A DNA stretch of 64,000 nucleotides from the human T2T-CHM13v2.0 reference genome, Homo sapiens: assembly GCF_009914755.1 (NCBI RefSeq), contig NC_060944.1. The stretch is one strand, 5' to 3'. Position numbers and translations under genes: made by a program. The notes beneath the pieces were generated by a model that saw nothing but the letters and a program-made list of their open reading frames with translations, did not search any database and was not told where the DNA came from. The stretch's first letter is position 1. The number at the start of each line of letters is the position of its first letter. Below are positions 1-11,500 of this stretch, piece by piece.

Positions 1-145
1 AAGAAAATCTAGATAGAAGCAATGTCAGAAACTTTTATGTGATGGATCTACTCAGCTAACAGAGTTGAACCTTTCTTTTGAGAGAGCAGTTTTGCAACAC
101 TCTTTTTGTGGAATATGCAAGTGGATATTAGGGCAGCTTTGAGGA

Positions 146-162
146 TTTCGTTGGAAACGGGA
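146..162 (+). promoter_or_regulatory. CENP-B box, M1 (recurs in every HOR)
   Basis: TTTCGTTGGAAACGGGA matches YTTCGTTGGAARCGGGA. Confidence 0.97.
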
Positions 163-483
163 ATACATGTAAAAAGCAGACAGCAGCATTCTCAGAAACT
201 TCTTTGTGATGTTTGCATTGAAGTCACAGAGTTGAACATTCCCTTTGAGAGAGCAGGTTTGAAACACGCCTTTTGTCATATCTGGAAGTGTCCATTCGGA
301 GCGCATTCAGGCTTGTGTTGAAAAAGGAAATATCCTCCCATAAATACTAGACAGAAGCATTCTCAGAAACTTATCTGTGATGTATGTACTCAACTAACAG
401 AACTAAACCATCGTTTTGAAGGAGCAGTTTTGAAACACTCTTTTTGCGGAATCTGCAAGTGGATATTTGGCTAGCTGGGAGGA

Positions 484-500
484 TTTCGTTGGAAACGGGA
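484..500 (+). promoter_or_regulatory. CENP-B box, M3
   Basis: TTTCGTTGGAAACGGGA. Confidence 0.97.
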
Positions 501-650
501 TTACATACAAAAAGCAGAGAGCAGCATTCTCAGAAACTTCTTTGTGATGTTTGCATTCAAGTCACAGAGTTGAACATTCCCTTTCATAGAGCAGGTTTGA
601 AACACTCTTTTTGTAGTATCTGGATGTGGACATTTGGATCGCTTTCAGGC

Positions 651-667
651 CTATGGTGAAAAAGGAA
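651..667 (+). promoter_or_regulatory. pJ-alpha (A-box) site, M4; degenerate versions in the other even monomers
   Basis: CTATGGTGAAAAAGGAA at the position homologous to the CENP-B box in A-type monomers. Confidence 0.75.
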
Positions 668-821
668 ATATCTTCCCATGAAGACTAGACAGAAGCATTC
701 TCAGAAACTTATTTGTGATGTGTGCCCTCAACTGACAGTGTTGAACCTTTGTTTTGATAGAGCAGTTCTGAAACACACTTTTTGTAAAATCTGCAAGAGG
801 ATATTTGGATAGCTTTGAGGA

Positions 822-838
822 TTTCGTTGGAAACGGGA
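822..838 (+). promoter_or_regulatory. CENP-B box, M5
   Basis: TTTCGTTGGAAACGGGA. Confidence 0.97.
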
Positions 839-1163
839 ATGTCTTCATGTAAACTCTAGACAGAAGCATTCTCAGAAACTGCTTTGGGATGTTTCAATTG
901 AAGTCCCAGTGTTGAACATTCCCTTTCATAGAGCAGGTTTGAAACACTCTTTTTGTACTATCTGGAAGTGGACATTTGGAGCGCTTTCAGGTCTACGGTG
1001 AAAAAGGAGATATCTTCCAATAAAAACTAGATAGAAGCAATGTCAGAACTTTTTTCATGATGTATCTACTCAGCAAACAGAGTTGAACCTTTCTTTTGAG
1101 AGAGCAGTTTTGAAACACTCTTTTTGTGGAATATGCAAGTGGGTATTAGGCCAGCTTGGAGGA

Positions 1164-1180
1164 TTTCGTTGGAAACGGGA
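1164..1180 (+). promoter_or_regulatory. CENP-B box, M7
   Basis: TTTCGTTGGAAACGGGA. Confidence 0.97.
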
Positions 1181-1501
1181 ATACGTATAAAAAGCAGACA
1201 GCAGCATTGTCAGAAACTACTTTGTGATGTTTGCATTCAAGTCACAGAATTGAACACTCCCTTTCACAGAGCAGGTTTGAAACACTCTTTTTGTAGTGTC
1301 TGTAAGTGAACATTTGGATTGCTTTCAGGCCTAAGGTGAAAAAGGAAATATCTTCCCATAAAAACTAGACAGAAGCATTCTCAGAAACTTGTTTGTGATG
1401 TGTGCCCTCTACTGACAGAGTTGAAGCTTTCTTTGCAAAGAGCAGTTTTGAAACACTCTTTTTGTAGAATCTGCAAGAGGATATTTGGATAGCTTTGAGG
1501 A

Positions 1502-1518
1502 TTTCTTGGGAAACGGGA
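1502..1518 (+). promoter_or_regulatory. Degenerate (predicted non-binding) CENP-B box, M9, fixed in all copies
   Basis: TTTCTTGGGAAACGGGA: the essential TTCG of nTTCGnnnnAnnCGGGn is TTCT. Confidence 0.9.
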
Positions 1519-1843
1519 ATGTCTTCAGATAAACTCTAGACAGAAGCATTCTCAGAAACTTCTTTGGGATGTTTCAATTGAAGTCACAGTGTTGAACATT
1601 CCCTTTCACAGAGCAGGTTTGAAACACTCTTTTTGTAGTGTCTATAAGTGAACATTTGGCGTGCTTTCAGGCCTAACGTGAAAAAGGAAATATCTTCCCA
1701 TAAAAACTAGACAGAAGCATTCTCAGAAACTTGTTCTTGATGTGTCCCCTCTACTGACAGAGTTGAACCTTTCTTTGCAAAGAGCAGCTTTGAAACACTC
1801 TTTTTGTAGAATCTGCAAGAGGATATTTGGATAGCTTGGAGGA

Positions 1844-1860
1844 TTTCGTTGGAAACGGGT
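1844..1860 (+). promoter_or_regulatory. CENP-B box, M11 (core intact)
   Basis: TTTCGTTGGAAACGGGT; only non-core position 17 differs. Confidence 0.92.
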
Positions 1861-2184
1861 ATGTCTTCAGATAAACTCTAGACAGAAGCATTCTCAGAAA
1901 CTTCTTTGGGATGTTGCATTCAAGTCACAGAGTAGAACATTCCCATTCATAGAGCAGATTTGAAACACTCTTTTTGTAGTATCTGGAAGTGGACATTTGG
2001 AGCGCTTTCAGGCCTATGTTGAAAAAGGAAATATCTTCCCATAAAAACTAGACGGAAGCATTCTCAGAAACTTATTTGTGATGTGTTTGCTCAACTAACA
2101 GGATTGAACCATCGTTTTGAAGGAGCAGTTTTGAAACACTGTTTTCGTGGAATCTGCAAGTGGATATTTGGCTAGCTTTGAGGA

Positions 2185-2201
2185 TTTCGTTGGAAACGGG
2201 A
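2185..2201 (+). promoter_or_regulatory. CENP-B box, M13
   Basis: TTTCGTTGGAAACGGGA. Confidence 0.97.
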
Positions 2202-2522
2202 TTACATATACAAAGGAGACAGCAGCATTCTCAGAAACTTCTTTGTGATGTCTGCATTCAATTCACAGAGTTGAGCATTCCCTTTCATAGAGCAGGTTGG
2301 AAACACTCTTTTTGTAGTATCTGGATGAGGACATTTGGAGCGCTTTCAGGCGTATGGTGAAAAAGGAAATATCTTCCCGTAAAAACTAGACAGAAGCATT
2401 CTCAGAAGTTTATTTGTGATGTGTGCCCTCAACTAACAGAGTTGAACCTTTCTTTTGATAGAGCAGTTTTGAAACACTCTTTTTGTAAAATCTGCAAGAG
2501 GATATTTGGATAGCTTTGAGGA

Positions 2523-2539
2523 TTTCGTTGCAAACGGGA
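2523..2539 (+). promoter_or_regulatory. CENP-B box, M15 (core intact)
   Basis: TTTCGTTGCAAACGGGA; non-core position 9 G>C. Confidence 0.88.
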
Positions 2540-5500
2540 ATGGCTTCATATAAACTCTAGACAGAAGCATTCTCAGAAACTTCGTTGGGATGTTTCGATT
2601 GAAGTCCCAGTGTTGAACATTCCCTTTTATAGAGCAGGTTGGAAACACTCTTTCTGCATTCCCTGGAAGTGGACATTTGGAGCGCTTTCAGGACGACGGT
2701 GAAAATGGAAATATCTTCCAAGAAAATCTAGATAGAAGCAATGTCAGAAACTTTTATGTGATGGATCTACTCAGCTAACAGAGTTGAACCTTTCTTTTGA
2801 GAGAGCAGTTTTGCAACACTCTTTTTGTGGAATATGCAAGTGGATATTAGGGCAGCTTTGAGGATTTCGTTGGAAACGGGAATACATGTAAAAAGCAGAC
2901 AGCAGCATTCTCAGAAACTTCTTTGTGATGTTTGCATTGAAGTCACAGAGTTGAACATTCCCTTTGAGAGAGCAGGTTTGAAACACGCCTTTTGTCATAT
3001 CTGGAAGTGTCCATTCGGAGCGCATTCAGGCTTGTGTTGAAAAAGGAAATATCCTCCCATAAAAACTAGACAGAAGCATTCTCAGAAACTTATCTGTGAT
3101 GTATGTACTCAACTAACAGAACTAAACCATCGTTTTGAAGGAGCAGTTTTGAAACACTCTTTTTGCGGAATCTGCAAGTGGATATTTGGCTAGCTGGGAG
3201 GATTTCGTTGGAAACGGGATTACATACAAAAAGCAGACAGCAGCATTCTCAGAAACTTCTTTGTGATGTTTGCATTCAAGTCACAGAGTTGAACATTCCC
3301 TTTCATAGAGCAGGTTTGAAACACTCTTTTTGTAGTATCTGGATGTGGACATTTGGATCGCTTTCAGGCCTATGGTGAAAAAGGAAATATCTTCCCATGA
3401 AAACTAGACAGAAGCATTCTCAGAAACTTATTCGTGATGTGTGCCCTCAACTGACAGTGTTGAACCTTTGTTTTGATAGAGCAGTTCTGAAACACACTTT
3501 TTGTAAAATCTGTAAGAGGATATTTGGATAGCTTTGAGGATTTCGTTGGAAACGGGAATGTCTTCATGTAAACTCTAGACAGAAGCATTCTCAGAAACTG
3601 CTTTGGGATGTTTCAATTGAAGTCCCAGTGTTGAACATTCCCATTCATAGAGCAGGTTTGAAACACTCTTTTTGTACTATCTGGAAGTGGACATTTGGAG
3701 CGCTTTCAGGTCTACGGTGAAAAAGGAGATATCTTCCAATAAAAACTAGATAGAAGCAATGTCAGAACTTTTTTCATGATGTATCTACTCAGCAAACAGA
3801 GTTGAACCTTTCTTTTGAGAGAGCAGTTTTGAAACACTCTTTTTGTGGAATATGCAAGTGGGTATTAGGCCAGCTTGGAGGATTTCGTTGGAAACGGGAA
3901 TACGTATAAAAAGCAGACAGCAGCATTGTCAGAAACTACTTTGTGATGTTTGCATTCAAGTCACAGAATTGAACACTCCCTTTCACAGAGCAGGTTTGAA
4001 ACACTCTTTTTGTAGTGTCTGTAAGTGAACATTTGGATTGCTTTCAGGCCTAAGGTGAAAAAGGAAATATCTTCCCATAAAAACTAGACAGAAGCATTCT
4101 CAGAAACTTGTTTGTGATGTGTGCCCTCTACTGACAGAGTTGAACCTTTCTTTGCAAAGAGCAGTTTTGAAACACTCTTTTTGTAGAATCTGCAAGAGGA
4201 TATTTGGATAGCTTTGAGGATTTCTTGGGAAACGGGAATGTCTTCAGATAAACTCTAGACAGAAGCATTCTCAGAAACTTCTTTGGGATGTTTCAATTGA
4301 AGTCACAGTGTTGAACATTCCCTTTCACAGAGCAGGTTTGAAACACTCTTTTTGTAGTGTCTATAAGTGAACATTTGGCGTGCTTTCAGGCCTAACGTGA
4401 AAAAGGAAATATCTTCCCATAAAAACTAGACAGAAGCATTCTCAGAAACTTGTTCTTGATGTGTCCCCTCTACTGACAGAGTTGAACCTTTCTTTGCAAA
4501 GAGCAGCTTTGAAACACTCTTTTTGTAGAATCTGCAAGAGGATATTTGGATAGCTTGGAGGATTTCGTTGGAAACGGGTATGTCTTCAGATAAACTCTAG
4601 ACAGAAGCATTCTCAGAAACTTCTTTGGGATGTTGCATTCAAGTCACAGAGTAGAACATTCCCATTCATAGAGCAGATTTGAAACACTCTTTTTGTAGTA
4701 TCTGGAAGTGGACATTTGGAGCGCTTTCAGGCCTATGTTGAAAAAGGAAATATCTTCCCATAAAAACTAGACGGAAGCATTCTCAGAAACTTATTTGTGA
4801 TGTGTTTGCTCAACTAACAGGATTGAACCATCGTTTTGAAGGAGCAGTTTTGAAACACTGTTTTCGTGGAATCTGCAAGTGGATATTTGGCTAGCTTTGA
4901 GGATTTCGTTGGAAACGGGATTACATATAAAAAGGAGACAGCAGCATTCTCAGAAACTTCTTTGTGATGTCTGCATTCAATTCACAGAGTTGAGCATTCC
5001 CTTTCATAGAGCAGGTTGGAAACACTCTTTTTGTAGTATCTGGATGAGGACATTTGGAGCGCTTTCAGGCGTATGGTGAAACAGGAAATATCTTCCCGTA
5101 AAAACTAGACAGAAGCATTCTCAGAAGTTTATTTGTGATGTGTGCCCTCAACTAACAGAGTTGAACCTTTCTTTTGATAGAGCAGTTTTGAAACACTCTT
5201 TTTGTAAAATCTGCAAGAGGATATTTGGATAGCTTTGAGGATTTCGTTGCAAACGGGAATGGCTTCATATAAACTCTAGACAGAAGCATTCTCAGAAACT
5301 TCGTTGGGATGTTTCGATTGAAGTCCCAGTGTTGAACATTCCCTTTTATAGAGCAGGTTGGAAACACTCTTTCTGCATTCCCTGGAAGTGGACATTTGGA
5401 GCGCTTTCAGGACGACGGTGAAAATGGAAATATCTTCCAAGAAAATCTAGATAGAAGCAATGTCAGAAACTTTTATGTGATGGATCTACTCAGCTAACAG

Positions 5501-8500
5501 AGTTGAACCTTTCTTTTGAGAGAGCAGTTTTGCAACACTCTTTTTGTGGAATATGCAAGTGGATATTAGGGCAGCTTTGAGGATTTCGTTGGAAACGGGA
5601 ATACATGTAAAAAGCAGACAGCAGCATTCTCAGAAACTTCTTTGTGATGTTTGCATTGAAGTCACAGAGTTGAACATTCCCTTTGAGAGAGCAGGTTTGA
5701 AACACGCCTTTTGTCATATCTGGAAGTGTCCATTCGGAGCGCATTCAGGCTTGTGTTGAAAAAGGAAATATCCTCCCATAAAAACTAGACAGAAGCATTC
5801 TCAGAAACTTATCTGTGATGTATGTACTCAACTAACAGAACTAAACCATCGTTTTGAAGGAGCAGTTTTGAAACACTCTTTTTGCGGAATCTGCAAGTGG
5901 ATATTTGGCTAGCTGGGAGGATTTCGTTGGAAACGGGATTACATACAAAAAGCAGACAGCAGCATTCTCAGAAACTTCTTTGTGATGTTTGCATTCAAGT
6001 CACAGAGTTGAACATTCCCTTTCATAGAGCAGGTTTGAAACACTCTTTTTGTAGTATCTGGATGTGGACATTTGGATCGCTTTCAGGCCTATGGTGAAAA
6101 AGGAAATATCTTCCCATGAAAACTAGACAGAAGCATTCTCAGAAACTTATTTGTGATGTGTGCCCTCAACTGACAGTGTTGAACCTTTGTTTTGATAGAG
6201 CAGTTCTGAAACACACTTTTTGTAAAATCTGCAAGAGGATATTTGGATAGCTTTGAGGATTTCGTTGGAAACGGGAAGGTCTTCATGTAAACTCTGGACA
6301 GAAGCATTCTCAGAAACTGCTTTGGGATGTTTCAATTGAAGTCCCAGTGTTGAACATTCCCTTTCATAGAGCAGGTTTGAAACACTCTTTTTGTACTATC
6401 TGGAAGTGGACATTTGGAGCGCTTTCAGGTCTACGGTGAAAAAGGAGATATCTTCCAATAAAAACTAGATAGAAGCAATGTCAGAACTTTTTTCATGATG
6501 TATCTACTCAGCAAACAGAGTTGAACCTTTCTTTTGAGAGAGCAGTTTTGAAACACTCTTTTTGTGGAATATGCAAGTGGGTATTAGGCCAGCTTGGAGG
6601 ATTTCGTTGGAAACGGGAATACGTATAAAAAGCAGACAGCAGCATTGTCAGAAACTACTTTGTGATGTTTGCATTCAAGTCACAGAATTGAACACTCCCT
6701 TTCACAGAGCAGGTTTGAAACACTCTTTTTGTAGTGTCTGTAAGTGAACATTTGGATTGCTTTCAGGCCTAAGGTGAAAAAGGAAATATCTTCCCATAAA
6801 AACTAGACAGAAGCATTCTCAGAAACTTGTTTGTGATGTGTGCCCTCTACTGACAGAGTTGAACCTTTCTTTGCAAAGAGCAGTTTTGAAACACTCTTTT
6901 TGTAGAATCTGCAAGAGGATATTTGGATAGCTTTGAGGATTTCTTGGGAAACGGGAATGTCTTCAGATAAACTCTAGACAGAAGCATTCTCAGAAACTTC
7001 TTTGGGATGTTTCAATTGAAGTCACAGTGTTGAACATTCCCTTTCACAGAGCAGGTTTGAAACACTCTTTTTGTAGTGTCTATAAGTGAACATTTGGCGT
7101 GCTTTCAGGCCTAACGTGAAAAAGGAAATATCTTCCCATAAAAACTAGACAGAAGCATTCTCAGAAACTTGTTCTTGATGTGTCCCCTCTACTGACAGAG
7201 TTGAACCTTTCTTTGCAAAGAGCAGCTTTGAAACACTCTTTTTGTAGAATCTGCAAGAGGATATTTGGATAGCTTGGAGGATTTCGTTGGAAACGGGTAT
7301 GTCTTCAGATAAACTCTAGACAGAAGCATTCTCAGAAACTTCTTTGGGATGTTGCATTCAAGTCACAGAGTAGAACATTCCCATTCATAGAGCAGATTTG
7401 AAACACTCTTTTTGTAGTATCTGGAAGTGGACATTTGGAGCGCTTTCAGGCCTATGTTGAAAAAGGAAATATCTTCCCATAAAAACTAGACGGAAGCATT
7501 CTCAGAAACTTATTTGTGATGTGTTTGCTCAACTAACAGGATTGAACCATCGTTTTGAAGGAGCAGTTTTGAAACACTGTTTTCGTGGAATCTGCAAGTG
7601 GATATTTGGCTAGCTTTGAGGATTTCGTTGGAAACGGGATTACATATAAAAAGGAGACAGCAGCATTCTCAGAAACTTCTTTGTGATGTCTGCATTCAAT
7701 TCACAGAGTTGAGCATTCCCTTTCATAGAGCAGGTTGGAAACACTCTTTTTGTAGTATCTGGATGAGGACATTTGGAGCGCTTTCAGGCGTATGGTGAAA
7801 AAGGAAATATCTTCCCGTAAAAACTAGACAGAAGCATTCTCAGAAGTTTATTTGTGATGTGTGCCCTCAACTAACAGAGTTGAACCTTTCTTTTGATAGA
7901 GCAGTTTTGAAACACTCTTTTTGTAAAATCTGCAAGAGGATATTTGGATAGCTTTGAGGATTTCGTTGCAAACGGGAATGGCTTCATATAAACTCTAGAC
8001 AGAAGCATTCTCAGAAACTTCGTTGGGATGTTTCGATTGAAGTCCCAGTGTTGAACATTCCCTTTTATAGAGCAGGTTGGAAACACTCTTTCTGCATTCC
8101 CTGGAAGTGGACATTTGGAGCGCTTTCAGGACGACGGTGAAAATGGAAATATCTTCCAAGAAAATCTAGATAGAAGCAATGTCAGAAACTTTTATGTGAT
8201 GGATCTACTCAGCTAACAGAGTTGAACCTTTCTTTTGAGAGAGCAGTTTTGCAACACTCTTTTTGTGGAATATGCAAGTGGATATTAGGGCAGCTTTGAG
8301 GATTTCGTTGGAAACGGGAATACATGTAAAAAGCAGACAGCAGCATTCTCAGAAACTTCTTTGTGATGTTTGCATTGAAGTCACAGAGTTGAACATTCCC
8401 TTTGAGAGAGCAGGTTTGAAACACGCCTTTTGTCATATCTGGAAGTGTCCATTCGGAGCGCATTCAGGCTTGTGTTGAAAAAGGAAATATCCTCCCATAA

Positions 8501-11500
8501 AAACTAGACAGAAGCATTCTCAGAAACTTATCTGTGATGTATGTACTCAACTAACAGAACTAAACCATCGTTTTGAAGGAGCAGTTTTGAAACACTCTTT
8601 TTGCGGAATCTGCAAGTGGATATTTGGCTAGCTGGGAGGATTTCGTTGGAAACGGGATTACATACAAAAAGCAGACAGCAGCATTCTCAGAAACTTCTTT
8701 GTGATGTTTGCATTCAAGTCACAGAGTTGAACATTCCCTTTCATAGAGCAGGTTTGAAACACTCTTTTTGTAGTATCTGGATGTGGACATTTGGATCGCT
8801 TTCAGGCCTATGGTGAAAAAGGAAATATCTTCCCATGAAAACTAGACAGAAGCATTCTCAGAAACTTATTTGTGATGTGTGCCCTCAACTGACAGTGTTG
8901 AACCTTTGTTTTGATAGAGCAGTTCTGAAACACACTTTTTGTAAAATCTGCAAGAGGATATTTGGATAGCTTTGAGGATTTCGTTGGAAACGGGAATGTC
9001 TTCATGTAAACTCTAGACAGAAGCATTCTCAGAAACTGCTTTGGGATGTTTCAATTGAAGTCCCAGTGTTGAACATTCCCTTTCATAGAGCAGGTTTGAA
9101 ACACTCTTTTTGTACTATCTGGAAGTGGACAGTTGGAGCGCTTTCAGGTCTACGGTGAAAAAGGAGATATCTTCCAATAAAAACTAGATAGAAGCAATGT
9201 CAGAACTTTTTTCATGATGTATCTACTCAGCAAACAGAGTTGAACCTTTCTTTTGAGAGAGCAGTTTTGAAACACTCTTTTTGTGGAATATGCAAGTGGG
9301 TATTAGGCCAGCTTGGAGGATTTCGTTGGAAACGGGAATATGTATAAAAAGCAGACAGCAGCATTGTCAGAAACTACTTTGTGATGTTTGCATTCAAGTC
9401 ACAGAATTGAACACTCCCTTTCACAGAGCAGGTTTGAAACACTCTTTTTGTAGTGTCTGTAAGTGAACATTTGGATTGCTTTCAGGCCTAAGGTGAAAAA
9501 GGAAATATCTTCCCATAAAAACTAGACAGAAGCATTCTCAGAAACTTGTTTGTGATGTGTGCCCTCTACTGACAGAGTTGAACCTTTCTTTGCAAAGAGC
9601 AGTTTTGAAACACTCTTTTTGTAGAATCTGCAAGAGGATATTTGGATAGCTTTGAGGATTTCTTGGGAAACGGGAATGTCTTCAGATAAACTCTAGACAG
9701 AAGCATTCTCAGAAACTTCTTTGGGATGTTTCAATTGAAGTCACAGTGTTGAACATTCCCTTTCACAGAGCAGGTTTGAAACACTCTTTTTGTAGTGTCT
9801 ATAAGTGAACATTTGGCGTGCTTTCAGGCCTAACGTGAAAAAGGAAATATCTTCCCATAAAAACTAGACAGAAGCATTCTCAGAAACTTGTTCGTGATGT
9901 GTGCCCTCTACTGACAGAGTTGAACCTTTCTTTGCAAAGAGCAGCTTTGAAACACACTTTTTGTAGAATCTGCAAGAGGATATTTGGATAGCTTGGAGGA
10001 TTTCGTTGGAAACGGGTATGTCTTCAGATAAACTCTAGACAGAAGCATTCTCAGAAACTTCTTTGGGATGTTGCATTCAAGTCACAGAGTAGAACATTCC
10101 CATTCATAGAGCAGATTTGAAACACTCTTTTTGTAGTATCTGGAAGTGGACATTTGGAGCGCTTTCAGGCCTATGTTGAAAAAGGAAATATCTTCCCATA
10201 AAAACTAGACGGAAGCATTCTCAGAAACTTATTTGTGATGTGTTTGCTCAACTAACAGGATTGAACCATCGTTTTGAAGGAGCAGTTTTGAAACACTGTT
10301 TTCGTGGAATCTGCAAGTGGATATTTGGCTAGCTTTGAGGATTTCGTTGGAAACGGGATTACATATAAAAAGGAGACAGCAGCATTCTCAGAAACTTCTT
10401 TGTGATGTCTGCATTCAATTCACAGAGTTGAGCATTCCCTTTCATAGAGCAGGTTGGAAACACTCTTTTTGTAGTATCTGGATGAGGACATTTGGAGCGC
10501 TTTCAGGCGTATGGTGAAACAGGAAATATCTTCCCGTAAAAACTAGACAGAAGCATTCTCAGAAGTTTATTTGTGATGTGTGCCCTCAACTAACAGAGTT
10601 GAACCTTTCTTTTGATAGAGCAGTTTTGAAACACTCTTTTTGTAAAATCTGCAAGAGGATATTTGGATAGCTTTGAGGATTTCGTTGCAAACGGGAATGG
10701 CTTCATATAAACTCTAGACAGAAGCATTCTCAGAAACTTCGTTGGGATGTTTCGATTGAAGTCCCAGTGTTGAACATTCCCTTTTATAGAGCAGGTTGGA
10801 AACACTCTTTCTGCATTCCCTGGAAGTGGACATTTGGAGCGCTTTCAGGACGACGGTGAAAATGGAAATATCTTCCAAGAAAATCTAGATAGAAGCAATG
10901 TCAGAAACTTTTATGTGATGGATCTACTCAGCTAACAGAGTTGAACCTTTCTTTTGAGAGAGCAGTTTTGCAACACTCTTTTTGTGGAATATGCAAGTGG
11001 ATATTAGGGCAGCTTTGAGGATTTCGTTGGAAACGGGAATACATGTAAAAAGCAGACAGCAGCATTCTCAGAAACTTCTTTGTGATGTTTGCATTGAAGT
11101 CACAGAGTTGAACATTCCCTTTGAGAGAGCAGGTTTGAAACACGCCTTTTGTCATATCTGGAAGTGTCCATTCGGAGCGCATTCAGGCTTGTGTTGAAAA
11201 AGGAAATATCCTCCCATAAAAACTAGACAGAAGCATTCTCAGAAACTTATCTGTGATGTATGTACTCAACTAACAGAACTAAACCATCGTTTTGAAGGAG
11301 CAGTTTTGAAACACTCTTTTTGCGGAATCTGCAAGTGGATATTTGGCTAGCTGGGAGGATTTCGTTGGAAACGGGATTACATACAAAAAGCAGACAGCAG
11401 CATTCTCAGAAACTTCTTTGTGATGTTTGCATTCAAGTCACAGAGTTGAACATTCCCTTTCATAGAGCAGGTTTGAAACACTCTTTTTGTAGTATCTGGA

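Larger units (their letters stand above)
20..2738 (+). repeat. Canonical 16-mer HOR unit, 2719 bp (M1-M16)
   Basis: Monomer starts at 20, 187, 358, 525, 696, 867, 1038, 1205, 1376, 1547, 1718, 1889, 2059, 2226, 2397, 2568. Lengths: 167 bp for M1/M3/M7/M13, 170 bp for M12, 171 bp for the rest; sum 2719. Confidence 0.97.

Noticed and set aside
893-902. Perfect palindrome TTCAATTGAA (also 1573-1582)
   Set aside because: Only 10 bp with no loop; short dyads are common in alpha satellite and no function can be supported from sequence.
2580-2596. CENP-B-like half site CTTCGTTGGGATGTTTC at the start of M16
   Set aside because: Lacks core A10 and CGGG and is at a non-homologous position; arises from substitutions in CTTCTTTGTG.
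20-2738. Assignment to D17Z1 (also a ~2.7-kb 16-mer)
   Set aside because: D17Z1 is pentameric SF3; this array is strictly dimeric with a box position in every second monomer.
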